DNA of 63,503 nucleotides, the filler included, from Guillardia theta CCMP2712 (lineage: Eukaryota > Protista > Cryptophyta): the NCBI RefSeq assembly GCF_000315625.1. It is 5 parts of 5 records of this genome, joined end to end, with 100 filler letters (N's around TTAATTAATTAA, not from the genome) between each part and the next. Parts side by side here need not be neighbours in the genome. Positions count along the whole stretch, not along the records: positions 36,801 to 57,183 come from NW_005434353.1; 4 more parts are not named here. One strand, given 5' to 3'. Within the stretch, counting starts at the first letter, position 1. Each line of letters opens with the position of its first letter. Positions 36,953-47,103 of this stretch are shown in pieces. The position numbers were made by a program, and so were the translations under genes. The notes under the pieces were generated by a model. It saw only the letters and a program-made list of their open reading frames with translations, was not told the DNA's origin and made no database searches.

Positions 36953-39319
36953 CTAGGTCGACTCGCTTCCCCTTCTTGCCGTCCATAGCATGTGTTGCAC
37001 CTCCAGCAGTTGCTTGATTGCTGCTGTCTTGATGCTTTCCCATTCCGTGTCATCCACCCTTAGCCTCCTGAAATTCTCATGCCATTCCCTCTCCATGATC
37101 GATCCTTTCACTCCTGCTATGAATGTTGCTTGTTCAACTTCATGGTCAGGGAGCAGAGCTATGATTTCTGCTCGTAGATCGGCATATTTCTCTTCTTTTT
37201 CCTGAAATTTCTTCTTCAGGCATTCCAGGCTTGTGTGTTCGACTCCGTCATATTCCGATGTCCTTGCGAATTCAATGATGACGATGCGTTTGATGTTTGT
37301 AAAGTAGCAGCAACCGTCTGGTATCCATTGTCCTTCTTGGTGCATTGAAGTCCCCATCGCTTCCATCACGATGCGCATTGGAGTTTCCCACCATGTAGTG
37401 ACCTGTAGCCTTTGTTTCCTCCAACTCTGCTGCAGTCTTACCTTGATCTTCTTCATGACTTGATTGTGTGCTTGTTGGATCATTGCTTGAAACTGCCGAC
37501 ATGCCAGCTGAATATGCCCCCAGGTTTCTTCTCGGTCTGGACAGTGGGGGCAGCATGGTGAGTTAGTCTTCCCCCATTGAAAGAGCTTCTTCCTCGTCGG
37601 TACTGAGAAGGTGATTGCTTGAATTGCTGTTCGTGTGAATGAACCTTGGCATACTCTAAACGCCTTCGCGAGTAGGTTTCTGCCCACATGTACTTCAAGC
37701 ATGAATTTCTCCGTCAAGGTGAGGTCTCCCGCTCGAATCCTCGCAGTCATTGCCTGTTGTCGAATTATATAGTCCCACTTCTTCAATCTATCCATTCCTG
37801 ATGTAGGACTGTCTTCTCCTGCGATGGTGAACTCCATTGCGCTGTCATAAATCGCTTTCTCCCATCCCGAGGCAAATGTTTGTTTTGCTTGTTTGGCCAT
37901 CTCCTTTGCCTGTTGGATGTGTCGGTCAGATTCTTTTGCTAATTGAAGTCGGATCTTGATTCCTCTCCCCTCGAGTTTCTTCATGCAAGTGAGTAATCGA
38001 TCATGTAGGTCCTCCAGCAGTTCATCTTCGTATCGCATGGTATCAATGCGTAATGTATTCGTGATGAAGCGGTGAAAGCGGGTGGACTGATACATGATTG
38101 TGACTTGATTTCCCCTCTTGATTTGTATCCCTTCCTCGAGGATATGTTGGAACAGTAAGCCAATTGCAATTGTATTCGCTCGAATGATGCTGCATTTCCC
38201 ATTGATTTTCATCCCTCCTCCTGCTGCCGTCGCTTGTTGCTGGAGAACATACCCTATTCGCATGGTTCTATTTTTTCTGCTCTGTGTGACGTCTCCTTCA
38301 ATAGCTGCTGTGAAATGCCTTCCGCCTTGGTGATCGCTGCGCGGCTGGATCTGACCCCTTCGTTGGTTACACATCTCCTCATACGTTGGGAGGATGTTGT
38401 CATGAAGCTGAGCTCTGGGGTATGTTGGGAATGTGTGCTTGACGAGTATCCATAGCTCCTCTAACGTTTTCATCAGGCAACGATTCCCTGTTCCCCAAAA
38501 GTTTGCTGCGTATGCTATCTGAGCGCCTTTCGGGATCCGGCTGATAATTTCGAAGCCTTCTGGTATCTCATCAATGTTATTCTTCCATCCTATCAGAATG
38601 ACATGTATTGTGTTTTGCAGGATGTGCTCGCGAAATCTCTGTTGTTTATCTATCCAAACCACCACTCGTTGCAGTTCCTTTGCTCTCTTGTTGCTCAGAG
38701 CCTGGGGATGTGTGTGTAGTGTCGGCCAGTTACGAAATGTACTGATGTCACAATCTGTGATCTCTGCTAGGTGTTGTAAAAACTCGTATGCCAATGGTTG
38801 TGTTGTTTCTTGGCGAACCTCTGATACTACCTCTTCGAGTTGTTGCCACCATGCTGTAGCTTCTGTTTCGCCGTCGTCCAACATATTGACTATTTCCAGC
38901 AACAGATGGATACTTTGATTGCATTCTCTTCGGTGATTCCCGTCTTCTTCTTCCTTTGTTGCAGATGTGAAGGGAGCCGAGTCCAGCGACGCTTCCACCC
39001 ATTCTATTGGTGGGTCCGAGGTTGTGTTTACTCCTGTGTGGGGCGGCTCAAAGATAGCGATGTCTCCATGAACTTTGAAAGGTATGCGCCCTGAAGTGTA
39101 GCAAAATCTTTCTCGCTGATTCTTGTCGTCTCCATAGTAAGTAGCGTCATGTTGGAGGAGCTCCCTCAAAATCTCCCGGGTATGAGCCCTCCTATTTGTT
39201 TCCTCTCTCCCTTGGTCCGGTCTGGCTAGTTTCGTGGGTGGCAGGAGCTCGTGTGGGCTAGCCTCCCTTTTTCCTTTCCTTCTCTTAACCTTCTTTGCAG
39301 TGAACGGCTGTACATTGAA
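36953..39319 (-). CDS. Element A ORF2 C-terminal part: degenerate RNase H-like, CCHC zinc knuckle, restriction-like endonuclease
   Basis: The frame of ORF 36953..39169 stays open up to the inversion junction. RNase H-like IEGD..RIG..RANTIAI..IMYQS..AKEMAKQA (acidic residues lost); CPHC-x7-H-x4-C; AHNQV; PDG...IIEFARTS...KEEKYADL...AGVKGSI. Confidence 0.85.
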   Translation of the reverse strand, partial: FNVQPFTAKKVKRRKGKREASPHELLPPTKLARPDQGREETNRRAHTREILRELLQHDATYYGDDKNQRERFCYTSGRIPFKVHGDIAIFEPPHTGVNTTSDPPIEWVEASLDSAPFTSATKEEEDGNHRRECNQSIHLLLEIVNMLDDGETEATAWWQQLEEVVSEVRQETTQPLAYEFLQHLAEITDCDISTFRNWPTLHTHPQALSNKRAKELQRVVVWIDKQQRFREHILQNTIHVILIGWKNNIDEIPEGFEIISRIPKGAQIAYAANFWGTGNRCLMKTLEELWILVKHTFPTYPRAQLHDNILPTYEEMCNQRRGQIQPRSDHQGGRHFTAAIEGDVTQSRKNRTMRIGYVLQQQATAAGGGMKINGKCSIIRANTIAIGLLFQHILEEGIQIKRGNQVTIMYQSTRFHRFITNTLRIDTMRYEDELLEDLHDRLLTCMKKLEGRGIKIRLQLAKESDRHIQQAKEMAKQAKQTFASGWEKAIYDSAMEFTIAGEDSPTSGMDRLKKWDYIIRQQAMTARIRAGDLTLTEKFMLEVHVGRNLLAKAFRVCQGSFTRTAIQAITFSVPTRKKLFQWGKTNSPCCPHCPDREETWGHIQLACRQFQAMIQQAHNQVMKKIKVRLQQSWRKQRLQVTTWWETPMRIVMEAMGTSMHQEGQWIPDGCCYFTNIKRIVIIEFARTSEYDGVEHTSLECLKKKFQEKEEKYADLRAEIIALLPDHEVEQATFIAGVKGSIMEREWHENFRRLRVDDTEWESIKTAAIKQLLEVQHMLWTARRGSEST

Positions 39320-39402
39320 CGGAACATGCGCACGGGCTGAATGTCAAACAAAGGGAAGAATGATTCCGCTGTACGACAAACGTCAGGAAAACAAAGAACC
39401 AA
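39320..39402. repeat. 83-bp inverted repeat, partner at 41181-41263
   Basis: Both encode GTCARAECQTKGRMIPLYD(K/R)RQENKEP on opposite strands; one mismatch seen. Confidence 0.95.
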
Positions 39403-41180
39403 AGATCCTCTTCTTCTGCAAAAGCTGTCAATTATTCACTTCCATCAAACCACCGGACTTCGACCCCCCAGATCAAATCAATCAATATCAGACCAGGGAG
39501 ATAGAAATAGCATACCCGCTGGAGCCAGGAGAGATTCAGGTCTGGATCCAAAGACTATCCAACCGCAAGGCAGCAGGCATGGATTTGATCTCAAATGAGA
39601 TCCTGAAAGCTCTACCTGATAGCGCAAAGGAGGAGATAGGGGAAGTAATCAGCAAAGCTTTGACAGGAGACAAAAAGATGTTGAATATGCTGGCAAGGGT
39701 CAGGCTCTTACCAAAAAATGAGCTCTGTCACGTCCTGGAGAACCAACGACCTATATGCGTCCTCTCCTCGGTGACGCGGATCTTCCAGGCGGTCATAGCG
39801 CACAGACTCGCGAAAGCAGCTGAAAAACATAAGCTGCTGACGAACAACCAGGAAGGTTTCAGACCAGAGGGAGGGACGATCCGGCAGGGCCATCGTCTAC
39901 TCAACATCATCGAGGAGGCTCAGAGCAATCAACACACCCTCATCCTGTTATACCTTGACTTTGCAAACTTTTTTAACAACGTGGCAGTCGAATCCATCGC
40001 AAAAATCATGGAAGTATATGGCTTCCATCAGCGTGATGTAGACGTGGTAATCAGCGGCAGCAAAGGGATAGCACTGCAGATTCAAACAGAGAGGTTCGAA
40101 ACGGCAGCCATCCCGCTTCTCAGGGGATTACCTCAAGGCAGTCCTGCAAGTCCTCCCAAAACAAATCTACTGCTTAGCATCCTGTCCAGACAACTCGATC
40201 AACAACAAGACGAGATTGCAACTCAGCATCCCAACAACCTGTCATTCGCAGATGACCTTGTACTGATAGCCAACTCAGTGAGGGAAATGAAAACACTAGT
40301 TCAAGTGGTAGAGCGATTCTGTAGATGGAGTGGATTAGAACTGAACACGAAGAAATCTGAAATCACCAGCTTTGATTATCGGCTCAAGAGGGAGATCCCG
40401 GGGACGCAAAACATCAAGTTCTTCGACAAGGAGTTTGTGAACCTACCACCGACGAAATGGTTCAAATATCTAGGGATTCGAATCAGCTTGTGGCGATCAG
40501 GAGGAAGAGGCAACAAGGCGCACACCTGCCCCTTCACGTGGGGAGAGAAGGAGCATATCTTCGAAAAGACCAGGGAACTGACAAACCTGATTGAATCATC
40601 GGCCTACTCTGCAGCCCAGAAATACTACCTAGTCAAAGTAGGTATCGTGAATATCTTTCGATACTCGGCGGTACTCGTTAGCTGGACGTGGAAAGATTTA
40701 CAAACCTTGGATAACCTCTGGACCAGAGCGTTCAAACGAGCTATGGGATTGAGTAAGAGCACAAGCAATGCGATTTTTCGCCTACCTTGGGACAGTGGAG
40801 GCCTCCAACTCCCCCATCCAGCACCCATCTTGGGAAGGGCGGCGATTCGGTATCTAGAGAAAGAAACGAATAAGAAATGCAGGGTGGATGATGATATCAA
40901 AAGCAGTTTGATACACAAACTAACATCATGGTGCAACCAATGGGGGTGCCAAACAATAAGCCAAGTACAACGAGAAATCAGATCGGGCAGACGGGGCCCA
41001 GAACGACTCGCAATATGGGTAGCGGAGAAAATGCAGACAACTATCAGCTGGGAAATGATTGAAAGCAAGAAGAACAATCCCTGCGTACATCTCCTGCTCG
41101 GCAAGGCTGGGAGAGCTTTGCTAAGGCATGGAGAAAATTACCCCAAGTAGGCTATTACTACCTAACAAGTATCTTACCTG
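39320..41180 (+). CDS. Element A reverse transcriptase domain (inverted segment)
   Basis: KAAGMDLI, LLPK..NQRPICVLS, NQEGFR, LYLDFANFFNNV, RGLPQGSPASP, LSFADDLVL, GLELNTKKS, FKYLGI, GGLQLP: non-LTR RT motifs in order. Confidence 0.95.
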
Positions 41181-44100
41181 TTGGTTCTTTGTTTTCCTGA
41201 CGTCTGTCGTACAGCGGAATCATTCTTCCCTTTGTTTGACATTCAGCCCGTGCGCATGTTCCGCACGATATCTGCAAGTGAACGTCATCTGGGCAAAACT
41301 CGGTCAAGAGCAGGCAGGAACAGGGAAGCAATCTCATGGGGAGGAATTGCTCGATGTTTTTGTATCCTACTAAGCGCCACCCTCCTGGCTGCCCCCGGGT
41401 GATCAGTCCTCGGATGATGGGTACGATTGCGTGTGCAGGCGCCAGAGTTATGTACATCTTTTGTGGTGCCTGGTTTCTCGCCCCGAGAGTCTCGACGTGT
41501 AGCATGGTTTGATGTCTTGCATTCCAAAAGGTTTTGCTTGATTCTTTGGAGCTGCTTTGTAAGAATGTTTCGATTAACGGGTTCAGTTCTTGAAGATATG
41601 CTGTCTCCGGCTGTTGCAGCGCTGGCTGGAGATCCCTCCATGACGTAAGTTCGATTGTATTTGGGTGGCACTTCTCTGACAGTTGACTCAGCATTGGGGC
41701 TTTGGGCTTAAAGTCTGACTTCTTGCCCATTGCGTTTTGAGACTCTTTACTCCCTATCGTCCCCAAGCGTCTTCTTCGTTCGTCGCATGTTTTCAGAAAT
41801 ATCTCTTGGTCCTGTGCTGCGCAGATCTCTTTGAATTTGGTCATTGTCTCTCTTATTTCTGCGTGTAAGCTTGACTCCTTGTGTGCCCGATCAATAAAGT
41901 CGGGAATTTCTGATGCGCTTCTCAGATCCCTTTGAAGCTGCTTGAGTTTCCGTTTCAGATCCATCTGAATCTTAGATGCATGTCGTTTACCGCCTGAGCC
42001 TCGTAGGGGGATTTCCTTGGTGGGGAGGGCTGTTGTTATCAGTTCGAGAATGTCCAAGTCTTGGTGTAGGGCTTTTGCCGCTGTTATCTTCTCATCCAGT
42101 GCTATTGCCCATTCTACACCTAATCTTCCTGATAACTTGTCCATCTCGACCACCCTTTTCTTTCGTCGAGGAATTGCTTCTCGATCTCTCCTTTGCGGGA
42201 GAATTTCAATCTTTGGGATGGCTTGCTCCCCCTCAGCATCGAGCGAGCTCACATTCACTACGAGTGCTCTGTGGTCGACGGCAGCTCCTATGATGCAGTC
42301 TTCTGCGGTCTGCGATATCAGGCTTACTGTGCGAGATGGATGATGGAAAGCAAAGATATGATCCAGTTTCGCTTGGTGGTGACCCTGCTTGTACCATGTG
42401 GAGAAGGTGAAGTGTGTGCTGCTTCTGCACATCTTCTCGCAGGTGACTGTCTGGACTCGCCCAAGCTCATTTAAGACTTGCTCCATTTTCTCATCTGCAC
42501 GGTGTACACTCGAATTGCTTCCGTATCCTATTCTCATGGGGATCTCTGGATGTTGTCGAGATGCATTGAAGTCGCCTCCGATGATGATGAGCTTGATGTT
42601 TGGGTCTGGCTTGAGCATCTGGCTTAGCGCCTTCCACATGCTGTCTTGTTCCCCCTCCTCCGTCGCCACTGGCATATGGATGTTACACAAAAGTATGTTT
42701 TCTTTTTTTCGTGAGATCTGTAAAACTTGTATTTTTTGTCTGTGTGCCCCCTCCAATGCTGTACCATTTGGCGAGGAGGGGGGGCGCGGGAGAAGGTCAG
42801 CATGCGCCAGTATCACAAGGCGTAGATCACTCTTACCCTTTCTCCCAAACCCTGTACCCTTGGTCATAAACATTCGGTAACATCCCCATTCTTTCTTGAT
42901 CATCATTCGGAGATCTGTTTCCTTTTTCTTACCACGCCCCACCCTGACTTCCTGCAACATGACAATAGATGGATGATACTTCTCAATCAAATATGCCAGG
43001 ATGTGTTTCAGCACGAATTGACTGCATCCATTGATATTTTGAGAGATGATGTTGCCTGGAGCGTTGTCCTTCTTGTGGGTTTCCACCCATGCTGAGTGCA
43101 CTGACCTATCGGTGGTAGCCTCGTGTGCGTTGCTGCTTGCTGTTAGGATTTGCTCCTCCGCCTCCGATGCCCATTGAAAGTGGGACGCGTACCTCTCTTG
43201 CATCTTCGTTGGGGCTGATGGCTCCTCCTCCCCCCTAGTCTCCTTGTCGTGCTTCGAGTTTGTCTCTGCGTGCATGTCTGGTGGGGGGGAAGGTGGCTGG
43301 AGTGGAGAGACGGGGCATGGGGCGGGAGGTGGTGGAGGGGGGTATGGCAGGATGTCCCCCTGTGCTGACCTGTCTGGTATTTGCAGGGCCGCTCCGTCTT
43401 TCCATCTCTCCTCTAGCCATGCATCTTCGGCTACCTGGGTCATCTGAAGCTCGCCTGCGCGTTTTTGGCCATTCTCTCGCCTTTCCATCTGGTTAGGTCT
43501 ACGTTCCATGGTGAGCTTTGCTGCTTGCCATTCCTTGTAGCCTGTTTCTTGCGCGTGTTGTAACGCTCTGCAGATGCATTGGATCGTTTCTCGCATGTGA
43601 ACTTGTTCTAGACCCCCTCCCCAGAGCCCATCCAGCAGCAGGTGCCTTGTTCTCACGAGCCATTGTTGGTGTGGCGGGACGCCTTGTTGCCTACCTATGT
43701 TGAAGATATCGTGTTGTTGCGTCTGCTTTCGTGTCTTTGCGATCAGCAGCAGATGCAGTAGTACAAAAATTCCGCAGTTGTAGCCGTCCGTTTGTTGCAG
43801 TCCCGTTGACACACATGCCCTCCATGCCTTGTCGTCTTGTTCTTGTTGGTCGCTAATTGCCTCGGTGATGATCGTCGCCACGAGTGATGCTAGGTCCATT
43901 CGCTGTGCGCCCCCCAATTGAAACTGTGCATCCCTTTGACTTCTGACTGTCCCCAGGTCTCTCTCCCCGGCCGTGTTGAGCGAGTCGACGATGTGTATTC
44001 TTTTTGTGTTGACATCTGCCACGATTAGGATCCAATGATTGCCGTTTTCTACGCATGGGAATAATAATGGTTGAGCTGCTCCGGCTAACAGTCGCTTTGC

Positions 44101-44529
44101 TCTCCTTGCCCTTCCCTCCTGATCTCTCAAACCCGCTACTATTCTCGGGAGAACAATGGTCCCTCTCTGCAGCCCAAATTGGTTTCTAGTTTGCTCGCTG
44201 GCATACCTCGTGCCTTGGAGCCATGCTATTTGAAATCTGTCTTCCGCTGGTTCTAAATTTCGGTTTACCTCAACGATTAAAGCCTCCATAACGTCCTCAG
44301 AGAGAAATCCATCTTCTCCTGAGTTGAGCAGCGCCGCTGCTCCGTACTCTCTATTGTTTTCCCGTAGACTCCAGGGGATCTCCCCTATCAAGTCGAATGT
44401 TTGTATTTTTCTGTTTTTTGGATTCTTTTTGTCATTCTTTTTCTCACCTTCTTGTCTCTTTCTGCTTGATTCCACCACGCCCTGGTGCCCACTGTCCCAC
44501 CTGCCCTCTCCTCCTCCTCCTGCTTCCAT
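41181..44529 (-). CDS. Element A ORF2 N-terminal part: Ulp1/C48 cysteine protease plus APE endonuclease
   Basis: Protease LLFP...NHWILIV...IVDSL...QQTDGYNCGIFVL (about 43740-44330); APE IISQNING, IVMLQE, NIHMP, GGDFN, KLDHIF, VDHRAL (about 42260-43055). Confidence 0.9.
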
Positions 44530-46682
44530 TAGGCGTCAAGCGGCGCGGTTGGGGAGGAGTCAAGCGACATCTCTTCCACTTCTACCGCTCTGCTCCCTGC
44601 TTCGGGTGCATCTTCCACTCGCGCGTCTTCCATCTGTATCTCACTGCTCAAAACAAGTTTCAATTCGTTTCTGTCTCCCAGCATTCCTACGAGGGAGAGC
44701 GCCGTTTCCTCCAGGAATTTATTCAAAGCAATGAAGAGAAGGTCAGTTTTCAAGGGCTTCTCCTCATTTGGTGCGAAAGCGCTGCTCTTGCGTTTCGCTA
44801 CCTTCCACGTATGCTTGCCTGCAATCACCCTGACTCGTTCACGCAGTCGCTTGCTCACGGCATTCTCTGCCGCGTTGGCACCCTTATCAGCCCACTCTTG
44901 TAGCGTGGGGAAGGATGCATTTCCTGGGCTCTCCGGAGCCATCTCTTGCACCGCGTCATCAAGATGGAGTTGAAGCTGCCCTTGCTGTTGCAGCTCGCTC
45001 CTAGTTACGTCAGCAATAGTTTCCTTAAGTTCTTCGACGACCACGTCCGTTCCCGCATCTGGGAAGTTGGTTTCATTGATAATGGAACTGAGCTCGATCT
45101 CTTTCCACACAGTTCCCTCTGCTCTGGTCCCCGTCGTTTGTGACCTGGCCTCAGGGTTAGACTGATCGCGAGTTGCCTGAGGCGACACTTTGAGGTTCAG
45201 ACTGCTCGCTGTCGTTTGGATTTCAACTGTGCCTTGCCAGCAGAGGAGCTGTGTGGGGAATTCAGCCATCATCTTTCTTGCACTACTTTCACTGCGTAGC
45301 CGGAGAATGATACCAGACCCATCCCAGATCCCTGTTTCTGGATCGCATTGGAGGTGGATCCGTTGGAGATCTTTTTCCACCTGTGGATCAAAGCAAGCGA
45401 CAGCCCTCCGAATGTTTCGGATGACTTTTGCTCTGCCCGTTTCGTCACTTGCGCAGATTTTTTCGATCTCATTTCGGGAGAACTTCCCTGACGGCACAGG
45501 AGAGGAGATTTGTACCGAGTACAGCATCTCTGCTCCCGTTGCCATTGCCGTGCCCTCTTGTCGCACCGCATTCTTCATATTCTTGTGCAGCGCCGTTGCT
45601 TCCATCTGCACTGAGAACCATTTCAGTATTTTGTCATTCTCTGAGACCAGTCCCAAAGTGACTCCTGCACGATCCTTTCCATGTCGATCGAATGCTTGAA
45701 GAACGATGTCCGCTGCTTCAAGGCTCGAGCACGTTGCGATCCAGTCGACCTCTCTGTTCTGGTTGACTGTTTCTATTCCTACCGCAGCGAACACCTTCTT
45801 TGGCGGTAGGTTCCTCTTGGGGGGGAGGTTCACTGTCATTCCCGCGTTTGGGATCAGATCAATGATCGCTAATCCCTGCTTCAGGCATAGCTGCCTGTAG
45901 ATCTCACATATGTCACCTGTGCTCGAATCGTTGAGCATCAGGAGTTGGGCCACCTCAGCTAGGATTCCAACTCTGCTCATGTTCTCCTTCTTTGGCCGCA
46001 TCTTGAACGAGATCGGTGGGTTGGCTGCTGGGTTCACTGCTAGAATCCTCCTGCCTGCCACCTTGAAGGTACCCTCTCCTTTCCAGAGTTTCTCAGCCGC
46101 CTCATTGCGGACAAATGTGATCACTGCTGGGATCTCCGCTGCCTGCACAAGGTCAGGCTTCAAGGGAGCCTTGAAGATCAGGCTCCTGCTATCTTGCGTC
46201 TGATCGACGATCAAGCCTTGCTCTTCAAGCTTGAGGCATAAGTTTTCCACCTGTCTGGAAAAGTATGCAGGGATCCCAAGTACCTTCATGGTAATCGTCT
46301 GCACATTGGTGCCCTGATCATCATATGATCTGGCCTCCATCTGCCTTTGTCTGTCAGCTTGGAACTCTGACAGGTACCACTGCTTGACATCGTCACCCCA
46401 CTGCCTGAACCCTTTCGGATTCTCCAGTGACGAGGGTTCAGCAAAGCTGCATGTCTGACTGATGGCTTCGGCTAAGGCTTCCAAGGAAATTTCTTTTGCT
46501 TTCAGAGCTTTGCTCGTCCTGCTTTTGGGGTTCTGCCTTGCGAATTCATCCAGTCTCCGCATCAGTTCGGCTGATGACGGCATCGTTGCAGCTTCCGTCT
46601 GCCTCTTGAGGTAGCTGGAGGTACGGTACTGCACGATCTCGTCAGGGTTCACAATAGATATTGGCCACATGTTTCGAAGCAT
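44529..46682 (-). CDS. Element A ORF1 (717 aa, gag-position protein)
   Basis: Intact ORF whose TAA overlaps the ORF2 ATG. Homologous to the B and C ORFs (FKAPLKPD..EIPAVITFVRNEAAEKLW, SAFAP, LLFIALNKF). Confidence 0.85.
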   Translation of the reverse strand: MLRNMWPISIVNPDEIVQYRTSSYLKRQTEAATMPSSAELMRRLDEFARQNPKSRTSKALKAKEISLEALAEAISQTCSFAEPSSLENPKGFRQWGDDVKQWYLSEFQADRQRQMEARSYDDQGTNVQTITMKVLGIPAYFSRQVENLCLKLEEQGLIVDQTQDSRSLIFKAPLKPDLVQAAEIPAVITFVRNEAAEKLWKGEGTFKVAGRRILAVNPAANPPISFKMRPKKENMSRVGILAEVAQLLMLNDSSTGDICEIYRQLCLKQGLAIIDLIPNAGMTVNLPPKRNLPPKKVFAAVGIETVNQNREVDWIATCSSLEAADIVLQAFDRHGKDRAGVTLGLVSENDKILKWFSVQMEATALHKNMKNAVRQEGTAMATGAEMLYSVQISSPVPSGKFSRNEIEKICASDETGRAKVIRNIRRAVACFDPQVEKDLQRIHLQCDPETGIWDGSGIILRLRSESSARKMMAEFPTQLLCWQGTVEIQTTASSLNLKVSPQATRDQSNPEARSQTTGTRAEGTVWKEIELSSIINETNFPDAGTDVVVEELKETIADVTRSELQQQGQLQLHLDDAVQEMAPESPGNASFPTLQEWADKGANAAENAVSKRLRERVRVIAGKHTWKVAKRKSSAFAPNEEKPLKTDLLFIALNKFLEETALSLVGMLGDRNELKLVLSSEIQMEDARVEDAPEAGSRAVEVEEMSLDSSPTAPLDA

Positions 46683-46777
46683 TCTCGATGGTTTCCCGAG
46701 CTTCCTGCGTTCCTGGCGACTCTTGCTCTACCACGCAGGGACCCCGCTGATCTGCATGCCTCAGATAAAGGGATCCT

Positions 46778-47103
46778 CCTAAACCCTAAACCCTATTATT
46801 ATTATTATTATGTGAGTTTATTAGAATGCTAGAATGTTGCTCGGGGATCCTGCCTCAGATAAAGGGATCCTCCTAAACCCTAAACCCTAAACCCTAAACC
46901 CTAAACCCTAATAGCTAAGAACTTTTGCTCTTTGCTCATCTCTCGCCTAATGATATGTCTAAAGGGGTTAATGTTGCTCGGCCTCGTTGTGGGCTTGTGC
47001 AATTTGATCCTAGTCTAAAGAGGCGCTCGAGCACTGGGAGTACACTCCTCAGATAAAGGGATCCTGCCTCAGATAAAGGGATCCTCCTAAACCCTAAACC
47101 CTA
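46778..47103 (-). repeat. Three TTTAGGG tracts (46778-46795, 46872-46911, 47086-47103) separated by two miniature retro-insertions
   Basis: CCCTAAA runs alternate with the 20-bp TCAGATAAAGGGATCCTGCC unit and copies of the element B 3' end. Confidence 0.9.

Larger units (their letters stand above)
36801..46777 (-). mobile_element. Element A: Dualen/RandI-like dual-endonuclease non-LTR retrotransposon inserted at a TTTAGGG tract (RT block inverted, 3' end runs into the gap)
   Basis: ORF1 plus ORF2 domains as listed below; the 5' end abuts the CCCTAAA tract at 46778-46795. Confidence 0.88.

Noticed and set aside
39234-41150. RT ORF as an independent element, retron, DGR or telomerase RT
   Set aside because: The motifs are LINE-type, and the 83-bp duplication ties it in frame to the APE-containing ORF2 of element A.
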